Positions 18,929 to 28,293 of a stretch of DNA of 64,000 nucleotides are shown piece after piece. A program made the position numbers and the translations under genes. The stretch's first letter is position 1; every line of letters starts with the position of its first letter. This DNA comes from Candidatus Latescibacterota bacterium (lineage in GTDB: Bacteria; Latescibacterota; CBDEFO01). Below the pieces are notes generated by a model that saw only the letters and a program-made list of their open reading frames with translations, was not told where the DNA came from and did not search any database. The stretch spans positions 192,001 to 256,000 of the forward strand of contig CBDEFO010000006.1 in the NCBI GenBank assembly GCA_965237525.1, given 5' to 3'.

Positions 18929-19051
18929 ATTCCCCTGTACCGCGTTATACTCTCCCCAGAAGCATCGAAGGAATCTTTGGGGAACAGTGGCTAAACCGTG
19001 TTTTGACTTTCAAAAGGAGTCTCCTGATCCTTAGACACGCGGCGGGGATTC
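18929..19051 (-). ncRNA. Candidate short 6S-like RNA
   Basis: Lies between zapA and rny; ends pair (ATCCCCGCCGCGT / ACGCGGTACAGGGGAAT); internal hairpins; CATAAT -10-like box just upstream. Confidence 0.5.
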
Positions 19052-19370
19052 TAGAAACCGTATATTATGTTGGTGGAATTCTTTGGAGGCGTTCCATCTA
19101 AAGGGCCGAGGTGTGTGGACAAATTTCCAGGAAGAGACACTCTACGGGAGACTGCTTAGCCCACTTCGTGGCTAGCTTCCAGCCCAGGAAAGGGGCCACG
19201 CCGCCTCACAACGAAGTTGCGATGGCCTTTGGTATTGCTTGCTTTTGCCTTGAGTGCCATTGAGAGGGGCAAAGCCTGACGCCGTCTGGCGTTGCGACCC
19301 CGAAGGAGACGACAGGCGGAACCAGAACCAATCTGAAGGGATGGGAGGAGGCACCTGGCTACCCCCCGAC

Positions 19371-19391
19371 CCCCAATAGGTTAAATTGGGG
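19371..19391. repeat. 21-bp palindromic element, variant stem
   Basis: CCCCAATAGGTTAAATTGGGG downstream of zapA. Confidence 0.7.
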
Positions 19392-19406
19392 GCTATCGTC
19401 TGTCTA

Positions 19407-19715
19407 TTACTGTCTACTAATCTGCGTCAACTCTCCCTCCAAAAGATGGGAAAGTTTCTTGACCCTGTCATCTAAATCCAATAGTACAGATTCTCCCTCT
19501 CCTCTTTCTTTGAACAGTTCATCTGCCAGGTTTAAGGCTGCAACTATAGCCGCCTTCATTGCGGAGTGCACCGGAATATCCTTTGCCGCTTGCCTCATCT
19601 TATTGTCAACGTAGCGGGCCACCGACTTTACGTATTTCGGGTCTGCCTTCACTTGAACAGGATAATCAGTTCCGAATATTTTTACTACTATCGCCTCTTT
19701 ATCCAGCAATTTCAC
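19407..19715 (-). CDS. zapA: Cell division protein ZapA
   Basis: VKIFGTDYPV...VARYVDNKM...AALNLADELF; pheT-zapB-zapA-rny context. Confidence 0.9.
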   Translation of the reverse strand: MKLLDKEAIVVKIFGTDYPVQVKADPKYVKSVARYVDNKMRQAAKDIPVHSAMKAAIVAALNLADELFKERGEGESVLLDLDDRVKKLSHLLEGELTQISRQ

Positions 19716-20004
19716 TCCCTTTCAATTTTTGCACACTTCCAGAAGAATCCTCAAGGCCGCGTCCTTCTACCTTGGAGACGATCGCCTCAATCTTGGCCTT
19801 GATCTCTTCTTTTTTCTCCAAAAACTGGGAGTTCTGCTCCCTCAAGAGCCCGACTTCTTCAAGCTCGGAAGGTTGTCTTTCCAGGTCCTCTTTAAGCTGT
19901 GTATTCTGCCTTTCGAGCTCCTCTATTTGCCTCCTGAGCTCCCGTATTAGTGCCACAGCCATCTTGACCTGGGATTCCAACTTATCGAGACTTTCGATCT
20001 CCAT
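19699..20004 (-). CDS. ZapB-like coiled-coil protein
   Basis: Coiled-coil ORF (LDKLESQV...LRRQIEELE) immediately upstream of zapA. Confidence 0.7.
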   Translation of the reverse strand: MEIESLDKLESQVKMAVALIRELRRQIEELERQNTQLKEDLERQPSELEEVGLLREQNSQFLEKKEEIKAKIEAIVSKVEGRGLEDSSGSVQKLKGSEIAG

Positions 20005-20048
20005 TTTCCCCTGTCTACTTTTCTTTAGAAAATTATTAGAAAGCCTTT

Positions 20049-20117
20049 GAGATTGCTTCGCCCACTTCGTGGCTTGCTGTCACCCCAGCAAAGCGGCCAC
20101 GCCGCCTCGCAATGACG
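20049..20117. repeat. REP-like repeat (GATTGCTTCG...CGCAATGAC family)
   Basis: Related copies at about 19147-19217, 23843-23983, 31137-31215, 46958-47100 and 62911-62980. Confidence 0.7.
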
Positions 20118-20153
20118 GTGGGGGGAGGCGGTGTCCTGTCTACTGTCTACTTC

Positions 20154-22553
20154 TTATGAGCGGAGTTCGGCTCCAAAATCCTCTTTAAGCCTTTGAGTTA
20201 TCCTATGAAATAGAGCATCGGCGTGGCTTTCTGATAGTGTAGCTTCCTTTGAGCGGAACTTCAGGGCAACCGCAAGGCTCTTTTTGCCCTCTGATATCTG
20301 ATCCCCCCTGTAAAGGTCGAACAGGTTTACCGATTCTACCAATTCTTTGTCCACATCACGAATCGCAGAAAGGACGTCTCCTGTGGAGACATCCTCCCCT
20401 ATTACAAAGGCAAGATCCCTTTCTGCTGCCGGGTATCTCATAAGTGGACTGAACTTAGTATCCCTCTTCATCCACCCGGAAAGCGATTCAAAGTCCAAAC
20501 AGAACGCAAAGACATCTCTATCGATATCGAACAGGGCAGTTACATCAGAACTCAGCTTGCCCATGCTTCCGAGAGGCTCTTTGTCTATCATCACGCATGC
20601 CGAAAGTCCCTTCTGATATGTAGGTGATTCCTCTGCTCTAAACCTAAACCTAAACTCTAACTGCGATCCACATATCGCTTCTACATAGGCTTCCACTGTG
20701 CCTCTGAGGTCGAAAAAATCGACAGACCTTGCCCCTTCGGTCCAGGATGGAGAGACCCAATTACCCGTAAAGAGGCCAGCTATTTGCTTCCTTTCCTCTA
20801 TTTTTGCCCTATCAGAAGAAGGGATAAATGTCCTTCCGATCTCGAATATCCTGATCGCCTCCATCTTATAGTTCATGTTCCTCTTTGCAACGTCCAGAAG
20901 GCTTACAAGGAGCGTCGTCCTTAAAGCCGAGGCATCGAGGCTTGAGGGGTTGGACAATAGGACAGGTTCAACATCGGATTCTACAGCTTTGAGGAGATGG
21001 GGGTTGCACAGATTAACAGTCACGACCTCCGTCAATCCGAGCCCACAAAGGACGTCCCTGCTTTTTTCAGTCAGTCGCTCCGAATCGCTCTCCTCCACAC
21101 CTAACTTACCTCCGCCTACTTCCCTTTCGGCTATCTCATTATAGCCGTAGACTCTGGCTACCTCCTCGATAAGGTCTATTTCCCTTGTTATGTCAGGTCT
21201 GAAACTCGGGACAGTCGCCTCTATTTTTCCGTCTTCCAGCTTCGCCTTGCATCCCACTGAGTCCAGGATCTCTTTCATCCTGTCTCCATCTATGGAGGTC
21301 CCCAGAATGTTGTTGGCCCTACCTATACGCAAGGGTACAGAGCGCCTTCTGATCGGTTTGGGATATACATCTATGACGCCCTTTGTTGCCCTGCCACCTG
21401 TAACCTCTGCTATCAGTTGAGCCGTCCTGTCTATAGCCCTTACGGGTACTTCGAAATCTGTGCCCCTTTCGAACCTCTGCGACGCCTCCGTCGAAAGTTC
21501 CACTTTCCTTGCAGAAGCCCTCACGACCTTCGACGAAAAGTAAGCACTCTCCAGGAGAATACCCTGGGTCGTATCGGTCACCTCAGAGTTAAGACCTCCC
21601 ATAATCCCGGCCAGCGCCACCGTCTTTTCCCCGTCAGCTATTACCAGGACATCTTCGTCCAGCTTTCGCTCGACGCCGTCTAATGTCGTGAAGATCTCCC
21701 CTTTTTGTGCCCTTTTGACCACGATCTTGTTCTCCGAGAGCATGTCCAAGTCGAAGGCGTGCAAGGGATGGCCCATCTCCATCAGGCAATAGTTAGTCAC
21801 ATCCACTACGCTGTTTATCGGCCTTACCCCCACAGCTTCAAGCCTCCGCCTCATCCACAGGGCCGAACTTTCGACCTTTACGCCTCTTATCACCCTTGCT
21901 GCGTATCGCGGACAGCCTTCCACGTCGGAGATCTCCACCGAGACTATATCCTCAGTTTTCTCCTCCCCTTCGTTGACCTTCACACAGGGCATCCTGAGAC
22001 TCTTGCCTGTAGCCGCTCCTACCTCCCTTGCCACTCCGATTATGCCCATCGAGTCCGGTCTGTTCGGGGTCACCTCAAAGTCGAGGACAACGTCCCTTAA
22101 ATCAAGGGCATCTGCAAGTTTCGCGCCGACTGGGGCGTCATCAGACAGCACCATGATCCCCTCGGCGTCCTCGCCTAATCCTAATTCCACCTCAGAGCAT
22201 ATCATCCCCACGGACTCGACCCCTCTGATCGGACGTCTATCCACAGAGGTCCCGGATGGGAGCTTTGCGCCGACTGTGGCCACCGGAACCTTCTGCCCAA
22301 CATCCACATTCGGCGCTCCACACACAATGTCCAACTTTTCGTCCCTGACATCAACTCCCACGACCCAGAGTCTGTCCGCATCCGGATGCCCCACCTTCGA
22401 GATCACCTCTCCCACCACTACATCCTCAAATTCATCTCCCAACCTCTCTGTCGATTCCAGATCGAGCCCCAACATCATCAGACACTCTCCCAACTGGTCG
22501 GGAGTCATTTCCAAGTCAATGTAGTCTTTGAGCCAGTTGTAAGAAACTTTCAT
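20154..22553 (-). CDS. pheT: Phenylalanine-tRNA ligase beta subunit
   Basis: MKVSYNWLKDY start, IVCGAPNV, VTPNRPD, RPDITREIDLIEEVARVYGY, C-terminal FDX-ACB domain. Confidence 0.97.
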   Translation of the reverse strand: MKVSYNWLKDYIDLEMTPDQLGECLMMLGLDLESTERLGDEFEDVVVGEVISKVGHPDADRLWVVGVDVRDEKLDIVCGAPNVDVGQKVPVATVGAKLPSGTSVDRRPIRGVESVGMICSEVELGLGEDAEGIMVLSDDAPVGAKLADALDLRDVVLDFEVTPNRPDSMGIIGVAREVGAATGKSLRMPCVKVNEGEEKTEDIVSVEISDVEGCPRYAARVIRGVKVESSALWMRRRLEAVGVRPINSVVDVTNYCLMEMGHPLHAFDLDMLSENKIVVKRAQKGEIFTTLDGVERKLDEDVLVIADGEKTVALAGIMGGLNSEVTDTTQGILLESAYFSSKVVRASARKVELSTEASQRFERGTDFEVPVRAIDRTAQLIAEVTGGRATKGVIDVYPKPIRRRSVPLRIGRANNILGTSIDGDRMKEILDSVGCKAKLEDGKIEATVPSFRPDITREIDLIEEVARVYGYNEIAEREVGGGKLGVEESDSERLTEKSRDVLCGLGLTEVVTVNLCNPHLLKAVESDVEPVLLSNPSSLDASALRTTLLVSLLDVAKRNMNYKMEAIRIFEIGRTFIPSSDRAKIEERKQIAGLFTGNWVSPSWTEGARSVDFFDLRGTVEAYVEAICGSQLEFRFRFRAEESPTYQKGLSACVMIDKEPLGSMGKLSSDVTALFDIDRDVFAFCLDFESLSGWMKRDTKFSPLMRYPAAERDLAFVIGEDVSTGDVLSAIRDVDKELVESVNLFDLYRGDQISEGKKSLAVALKFRSKEATLSESHADALFHRITQRLKEDFGAELRS

Positions 22554-22565
22554 AGACAGAATCGT

Positions 22566-22606
22566 CCCCGATTGAGCCCCCGATAGATTCAATCGGGGGT
22601 CGGAGA
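22566..22606. repeat. Nested 21-bp palindromic elements
   Basis: CCCCGATTGAG-C-[CCCCGATAGATTCAATCGGGG]-GTCGGAG. Confidence 0.8.
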
Positions 22607-22711
22607 TCGCTTTGCTGCCTCCAATTAGATCGGAGGTCGCCATGATGTTACTTACTTTTGCCTTGACTGACTACAGGGTGCCAAACCCGGAGGCAACCTC
22701 ATAGGCGCAAG

Positions 22712-23788
22712 TTAGAATTGAGAGATAAAGCGCAAGTCACTTTCCAAAAAGAGTCTTATGTCGTCAATGCCGTACTTGACCATAGCTACCCTTTCGATTC
22801 CCATCCCGAATGCGTAGCCCGTCCATACCTCGGGGTCGTAGCCTACGGCTCTGAACACCTCAGGATCCACCATGCCGCATCCTGCAATCTCGATCCAGCC
22901 GGTGCCTTTGCAGACACTGCATCCCTTCATATCGCATAGGACACACGAAAAGTCATATTCTGCGCTCGGCTCTGTGAACGGAAAGAAGTGGGGGCGGAAT
23001 CTTACCTTCACATCTTCGCCGAGTATCTTCCTTGCAAAGACCGATATGACGCCCTTGAGGTCTCCAAACGTCACATCGTTGTCCACGTATAGACCTTCCA
23101 CCTGATGGAAGATGAAATGGTGCGTGGCGTCTGACGTATCCTTCCGATAGACCCTTCCAGGGGAGATTATTCGAACGGGGGGAGATGTCTTTTCCATCAC
23201 CCGTATCTGCACCGGTGAGGTCTCGGTTCGAAGCAGAAGATCCCCCGTAGATTCAATCGGGGACAAGATGTAGAACGTATCTCTGGTATCCCGTGCGGGG
23301 TGATCCGGGGGTGTGTTCAAAGCGTCAAAGTTGTAGTACTCGGTCTCCACCTCGGGTCCATCTGCAACCGAAAAGCCCATACTCGTAAATATCTGAACAA
23401 TCCGGTCTGTGACCACTGTCAGAGGATGTCTCTTTCCAAGTGTTCTTTTTCTTCCGGGTAGAGTTATATCCACAGCCTCCTGGAATTCCTTGGCCCCCTT
23501 CTCTATCTTGACAATGATCGCATCTATCCTGCGGGTTATCTCATTTTGAGCCAGTCCGGCGGCTTTGCCCACATCTTTGCGAAGCTGGGGAGACAGTGAG
23601 CCTATTCCTCTTGACATCCTGGTTAGTTGCCCGCTTTTCCTTCCCAGATACTTGATCCTGATCTGCTCCAATTCGTTTGGATCAGAGCACGATTCAAGTT
23701 CCTTGATCGCCTCCTGTCTGATATTCTCTATGACCTCTACCAGCCCATCCCCGTCCGGCACACTATCTTTTGTCTTTTCAGCCTCCAT
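22712..23788 (-). CDS. pheS: Phenylalanine-tRNA ligase alpha subunit
   Basis: NFDALNTPPDHPARD, GRVYRKD, FHQVEGL, FRPHFFPFTEPS and GYAFGMGIER motifs. Confidence 0.97.
   Translation of the reverse strand: MEAEKTKDSVPDGDGLVEVIENIRQEAIKELESCSDPNELEQIRIKYLGRKSGQLTRMSRGIGSLSPQLRKDVGKAAGLAQNEITRRIDAIIVKIEKGAKEFQEAVDITLPGRKRTLGKRHPLTVVTDRIVQIFTSMGFSVADGPEVETEYYNFDALNTPPDHPARDTRDTFYILSPIESTGDLLLRTETSPVQIRVMEKTSPPVRIISPGRVYRKDTSDATHHFIFHQVEGLYVDNDVTFGDLKGVISVFARKILGEDVKVRFRPHFFPFTEPSAEYDFSCVLCDMKGCSVCKGTGWIEIAGCGMVDPEVFRAVGYDPEVWTGYAFGMGIERVAMVKYGIDDIRLFLESDLRFISQF
23242..23262. repeat. 21-bp palindromic element in frame within pheS
   Basis: CCCCCGTAGATTCAATCGGGG encodes S-P-I-E-S-T-G-D. Confidence 0.8.
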
Positions 23789-24035
23789 ACATAACTCTTC
23801 CAAAATAGTAGACTGTTGACCGAGCACCACCTCCGCACCCTTCAGATTGCTTCGGGGCTTTGCCCCTCGCACTGACTAAGGATCGAAGCAGAGTAGCGTC
23901 ATTGCGAGCCCACGATTGAATCCATCGGGGCAGCCTAGAGCCTTTAGCCCAGAGCGAAGCGAAGGGTCTGCCAAGCAATCTCGCAGACAGCAGTCAGGGA
24001 TACTCCTCTTCTGTCTACCGTATGCTGTCAACTGT

Positions 24036-24395
24036 CTACTTGGCTAATGCTTTGCTGGCTTTTTCTGCCAGAGCGGCAAAGGCACTTTCATCTGACACAG
24101 CTAAGTTTGCAAGGATCTTCCTGTTTATATTTATGCCTGCTGCCTTCAGACCCGTAATAAACTGGCTGTAAGATAATCCATTTAGCCTTGCAGCGGCGTT
24201 GATCCTTGTTATCCAGAGTCGTCTGAAATCCCTCTTTTTTCTTTTTCTGTCCCTGTAGGCGTAAACAAGCCCCCTGTTGACGCTCTCTACGGCTGTCTTA
24301 TAGAGCCTGTTCCTTGCGCCCCGGTAGCCCTTTGCTAACTTCAGGATCTTCTTTCTGCGCCTTCGAGACGCGATGCTATTTTTGGCCCTCGGCAT
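24036..24395 (-). CDS. rplT: 50S ribosomal protein L20
   Basis: MPRAK...[11 protein letters not shown]...[16 protein letters not shown]. Confidence 0.98.
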   Translation of the reverse strand: MPRAKNSIASRRRRKKILKLAKGYRGARNRLYKTAVESVNRGLVYAYRDRKRKKRDFRRLWITRINAAARLNGLSYSQFITGLKAAGININRKILANLAVSDESAFAALAEKASKALAK

Positions 24396-24404
24396 CTTCT
24401 TCTC

Positions 24405-24605
24405 CTATTTCTTGCCAGCTAACATTCTTTTTACTCTGCCCAGATCCACAGAACTGATACGATCCGGACTATTTATTCTTCTTTTCCTTTTACTGCTCTT
24501 TTTCGCCAGCTTGTGACTCGAACATCCTTTGTTCCTTTTGATCACACTACCCGCTGTCTTTTTGAACCTCTTGGCGGCGCTCTTTCTTGTCTTAATTTTA
24601 GGCAT
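24405..24605 (-). CDS. rpmI: 50S ribosomal protein L35
   Basis: MPKIKTRKSAAKRFKKT; infC-rpmI-rplT order. Confidence 0.97.
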   Translation of the reverse strand: MPKIKTRKSAAKRFKKTAGSVIKRNKGCSSHKLAKKSSKRKRRINSPDRISSVDLGRVKRMLAGKK

Positions 24606-24711
24606 CAGAGCCTCCCTTTGTTAAGCAGATAGCAGCATCAGATAGCATACACGGATGGGAAGAGATCCCCCTGTCTACTGTTTGCTGTCCACTTGCTTAT
24701 GCTATTTACTC

Positions 24712-25233
24712 TCATTTGGGGGAGAGAATCATAAACAACGTTCTCCCTTCAGACTTGGCGGCAGCTTCTATCTTGCCGATGTCCTCTACGTCCTCCTGAA
24801 CTCTATCCAGGAGCCTGCGACCGAACTCCCTGTATGCGTTCTGCCTGCCCTTGAATACCACTGTGACTTTGACTCTATTTTTTTGATCGATGAAGTTCCT
24901 TATATGACGGAGTTTGAACTCATAATCGTGAGTTGCCTCGGACGGAGTGAACCTCATCTCCTTGAGCTGGACAGTATGCTGCTTTTTCTTGGCGTCTTTG
25001 AGCTTCTTGCTCTGCTCGTATTTATATTTGCCGTAGTCCATTATGCGACAGACCGGCGGCTTGGCGTTTGGAGAAACCTCCACAAGGTCCAGATCCCGTT
25101 CCTGTGCCAGTTGGAGAGCATTCCTTGTCTCCATAACACCTACCTGGTTCCCGTCCGAATCTATAACTCTGATCTGAGGGATGCGGATTTGATTGTTGAC
25201 TCTGGTTGTATCTTTCTTGATCCTTTTATTGAT
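24712..25233 (-). CDS. infC: Translation initiation factor IF-3 (non-canonical ATC start)
   Basis: Frame extends upstream of the ORF-track start (RVNNQIRIPQIRVIDSDG) to an ATC preceded by GGAGGTG; DLVEVSPNAKPPVCRIMDYGKYKYE motif. Confidence 0.95.
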   Translation of the reverse strand: MNKRIKKDTTRVNNQIRIPQIRVIDSDGNQVGVMETRNALQLAQERDLDLVEVSPNAKPPVCRIMDYGKYKYEQSKKLKDAKKKQHTVQLKEMRFTPSEATHDYEFKLRHIRNFIDQKNRVKVTVVFKGRQNAYREFGRRLLDRVQEDVEDIGKIEAAAKSEGRTLFMILSPK

Positions 25234-25319
25234 CCTTTATCACCTCCGTATAAACAAAACGTGTAACACAAAGCATAGCGAAAAAATAGAGTGCGCTCTA
25301 CGTTACACGTCTTCAAGAA

Positions 25320-27245
25320 TTAGAATTGTCCCTTTACCTCTATTTCCTCGAGCATTTTTCTTTTCAGATCTTCAAGCGATAGGGTGTCGAGATCACCTCT
25401 GCCGTGACTCCGAAGGGAAACTGTTTCCTTTTCAATCTCTTTGGCGCCGACAACCGCCATGTATGGAATTTTTTGGACTTCGGCTTTTCTGATCTTATTT
25501 CCGAGTTTTCCGCTCTCTTGCTCCACTTCGGCTCTTATGCCTTCTTTTTTGAGTTCATCGGCCACCCTTTGGGCGTAGTCCATATGGTCGTCAGTGATCG
25601 GGAGCACAAGCGCCTGCACGGGAGCAAGCCACAGTGGAAACGCACCTGCATAGTGCTCGATAAGCGCGCCGAAGAATCTCTCCATAGACCCCAGAAGTGT
25701 CCTGTGAACCATATAGGGTCTTTTATCTTTCCCATCCTCGCCCACAAACGTCATATCGAACCTTTCGGGCATATTAAAATCGAACTGGATAGTGGTACAC
25801 TGCCAGGAGTGCCCAATAGAATCCCTTATGTACAGATCTATCTTCGGCCCGTAGAAGGATCCACCTCCTTCATCCACCTGGTAAGAAAGCCCCTTTTTGT
25901 CGATAGCCCTCCTTAGAGCCTCAGTTGCCCTTTCCCAGTCCTCGTCGCTCCCTACCGCCTTTTCTGGTTTGGTCGAAAGGTACATCTGTATATCCTTATC
26001 CTTAAACCCGAATGCACCCAGCACGTCCAGAGTGAAATCGATCACACCTAATATCTCATCTTCGACCTGATCTGGGCGGCAGAATATGTGAGCGTCGTCC
26101 TGTGTGAAGCCCCGAACCCTCGAAAGGCCGTAAAGTGTGCCTGATCTTTCGTATCTGTAGACCGTTCCGAGCTCCGCCCATCTGAACGGGAGATCCCTGT
26201 AGCTCCTTAAATGGTTCCTGTAAATCTGAATGTGAAAGGGACAGTTCATAGGCTTGAGATAATACTCCTGTCCCTCGATGTCCATAGAAGAGTACATGTT
26301 CTCCTTAAAGAAATCCAGATGCCCGCTGGTCTCCCAGAGATCTCCTTTGCCTATATGGGGCGAATAGACGAGCTCGTATCCTCCGTCGTAGTGAGCTTTT
26401 CGCCAGAAATCCTCAATAGCTGTCCTTATTCTCCCTCCCTTTGGATGCCACAAGATAAGTCCGGGGCCTACGCTTTGGTTTATCGAAAAGAGGTCAAGTT
26501 CTCTGCCCAGGACTCTGTGATCGCGTCTTTTTGCCTCTTCCAACCGTTCGATGTGCTCATCAAGACCAGCCCTTTTGGGGAAGGATATGCCGTATATCCT
26601 TTGGAGCATCTTATTTCTCTCGTCCCCGCGCCAGTACGCCCCGCTGCTCCTCAGGAGCTTGAAAGCCTTCACAGCGCCTGTTGACGGGACGTGAGGACCT
26701 CTGCAGAGGTCGAAGAAGCTCCCCTGCCTGTAGGCCGTGATAACCTCACCATCATCTATACCGTCAAGTATCTCGACCTTATAGGCCTCACCCATCTCTT
26801 TGAACGTCTTTATCGCTTCATCCCTTGTCAGCACCTGCCTTTGAAAGGGATAGTCCTCCACCAGGATCTGTCCCATCCTGTCTTCGATCTTCTCCAGATC
26901 CTGGGGAGTAAAGGGCTCGGGCACGTCGAAATCGTAGTAGAAGCCGTCCTGGATGGGGGGACCTATCGTAACTTTCACCTCGGGGAAAAGTTGCACCACC
27001 GCCTGGGCCATAATGTGAGAGGTGCTGTGCCAGTAGACCTGCTTTCCCTCATCGTCAGAAAACGTAAGGATCTCAACCTCGGAGTCGGACTCGATCCTAC
27101 TATTTAAGTCCACCACCTTCCCATCCACTTTCCCTGCAATTGCATCTTTCAAAAGCCTTGGTCCTATATCCGCCGCAATATGCTCTAAAGTTACGCCCTT
27201 TTCGTACTCCTTTTTGCTGCCGTCCGGGAGAGTAACTGTAATCAA
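25320..27245 (-). CDS. thrS: Threonine-tRNA ligase
   Basis: TGS domain, HSTSHIMAQA, DLCRGPHV, KPMNCP, RVRGFTQDDAHIFC; probable TTG start. Confidence 0.97.
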   Translation of the reverse strand: MITVTLPDGSKKEYEKGVTLEHIAADIGPRLLKDAIAGKVDGKVVDLNSRIESDSEVEILTFSDDEGKQVYWHSTSHIMAQAVVQLFPEVKVTIGPPIQDGFYYDFDVPEPFTPQDLEKIEDRMGQILVEDYPFQRQVLTRDEAIKTFKEMGEAYKVEILDGIDDGEVITAYRQGSFFDLCRGPHVPSTGAVKAFKLLRSSGAYWRGDERNKMLQRIYGISFPKRAGLDEHIERLEEAKRRDHRVLGRELDLFSINQSVGPGLILWHPKGGRIRTAIEDFWRKAHYDGGYELVYSPHIGKGDLWETSGHLDFFKENMYSSMDIEGQEYYLKPMNCPFHIQIYRNHLRSYRDLPFRWAELGTVYRYERSGTLYGLSRVRGFTQDDAHIFCRPDQVEDEILGVIDFTLDVLGAFGFKDKDIQMYLSTKPEKAVGSDEDWERATEALRRAIDKKGLSYQVDEGGGSFYGPKIDLYIRDSIGHSWQCTTIQFDFNMPERFDMTFVGEDGKDKRPYMVHRTLLGSMERFFGALIEHYAGAFPLWLAPVQALVLPITDDHMDYAQRVADELKKEGIRAEVEQESGKLGNKIRKAEVQKIPYMAVVGAKEIEKETVSLRSHGRGDLDTLSLEDLKRKMLEEIEVKGQF

Positions 27246-27375
27246 TTTTTCTTGAGATCTCCTTCTTTGCAAAGCGCCAACATCAAGCAGGGGTGAGGTC
27301 ACCCCGCCCTTACCATAAAGGTTACAGCGTAGATCAAAGTACGAACCCACAATTATTACGAATACTATCTGTTAA

Positions 27376-27404
27376 AATCTATATTGTTAACTCTGTTTTG
27401 TCAA
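27376..27404 (-). promoter_or_regulatory. sigma70-type promoter upstream of thrS
   Basis: TTGACA-17 nt-TAGATT. Confidence 0.6.
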
Positions 27405-27563
27405 GAGAAAACGGTCGAGCGCAAACGATAGCAGACAGGTAAGATTGCTTCATCAGACAGGAATGTCTGACCCACCAGAAGAGTGTGTTGATAATGTGGT
27501 TGGTAGGACAGACATTTTTGTCTGTCCATTTGCTTCATCAGACAAGAATATCTTCCCTACTGT

Positions 27564-27881
27564 CTACTTACTTTCCTGGAGGCGAACAGATATTGCCATT
27601 TCCTCTTCGGCTTGAGGTATCATTCCCTTACGCTGATACATCATCGAAAGACTACTGTGAGTTAAGGGGTCGTCTGGTGTGATCTCCACAGCCTTCTTGA
27701 TGTACTCCAAAGCCTGATCGTACATCTCCTTTTTCTCATAGACGTGCCCCAAAGCCAAAAGCACCTCCGCAAATTGGGGATCCATTTCCAATGCCTTATT
27801 GAGATCCTCCAAAGCCCCGTCCAGATCTCCCTGTCCGTATTTGGTTACTCCCTCCATATACAGATCTTCTTTTTGTCCCAT
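27564..27881 (-). CDS. Small TPR protein
   Basis: TPR patterns ALEMDPQFAEVLLALGHVY and AVEITPDDPLTHSSL. Confidence 0.85.
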   Translation of the reverse strand: MGQKEDLYMEGVTKYGQGDLDGALEDLNKALEMDPQFAEVLLALGHVYEKKEMYDQALEYIKKAVEITPDDPLTHSSLSMMYQRKGMIPQAEEEMAISVRLQESK

Positions 27882-28154
27882 AGTAGTGTCCTTGCATTTA
27901 GGGTATTATCAGATGACCAGCTACTTCGTAAATTGCCTCAATCAAACCTAAGCTTTTTTATCCTTTGTGTCAAGTCCAAAATAGTAGGCAGCATACAGTC
28001 AGAGGGAGTCTGGGGAGATAGGTTTGCCCTCGGTCACAATGACACTTATTATCTACTAAGTGTTCCGTCAATGTGAAGGTTGAAAGCCCCGGAGCCCCGA
28101 GAGAATCAATCGAGCTCTCAAGTGACAGGTGGCGGTGCCCTGTCTACTTTTCAT

Positions 28155-28181
28155 TAAAGGATACCTACAGGGTGCCGATAT
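28155..28181 (+). promoter_or_regulatory. sigma28 (FliA/SigD) promoter of the flagellin gene
   Basis: TAAA-15 nt-GCCGATAT versus consensus TAAA-N15-GCCGATAA; points towards the flagellin across the IS. Confidence 0.85.
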
Positions 28182-28293
28182 AATAGAGGGAGAACATTAT
28201 AGTATGAGTGAACAGACGACACTACGTCCAGAATCGCCTCAAGCCGGAAGGGAAGATATGAAAACCGCTAGAAATATCTAAAGCGAGAGACAT

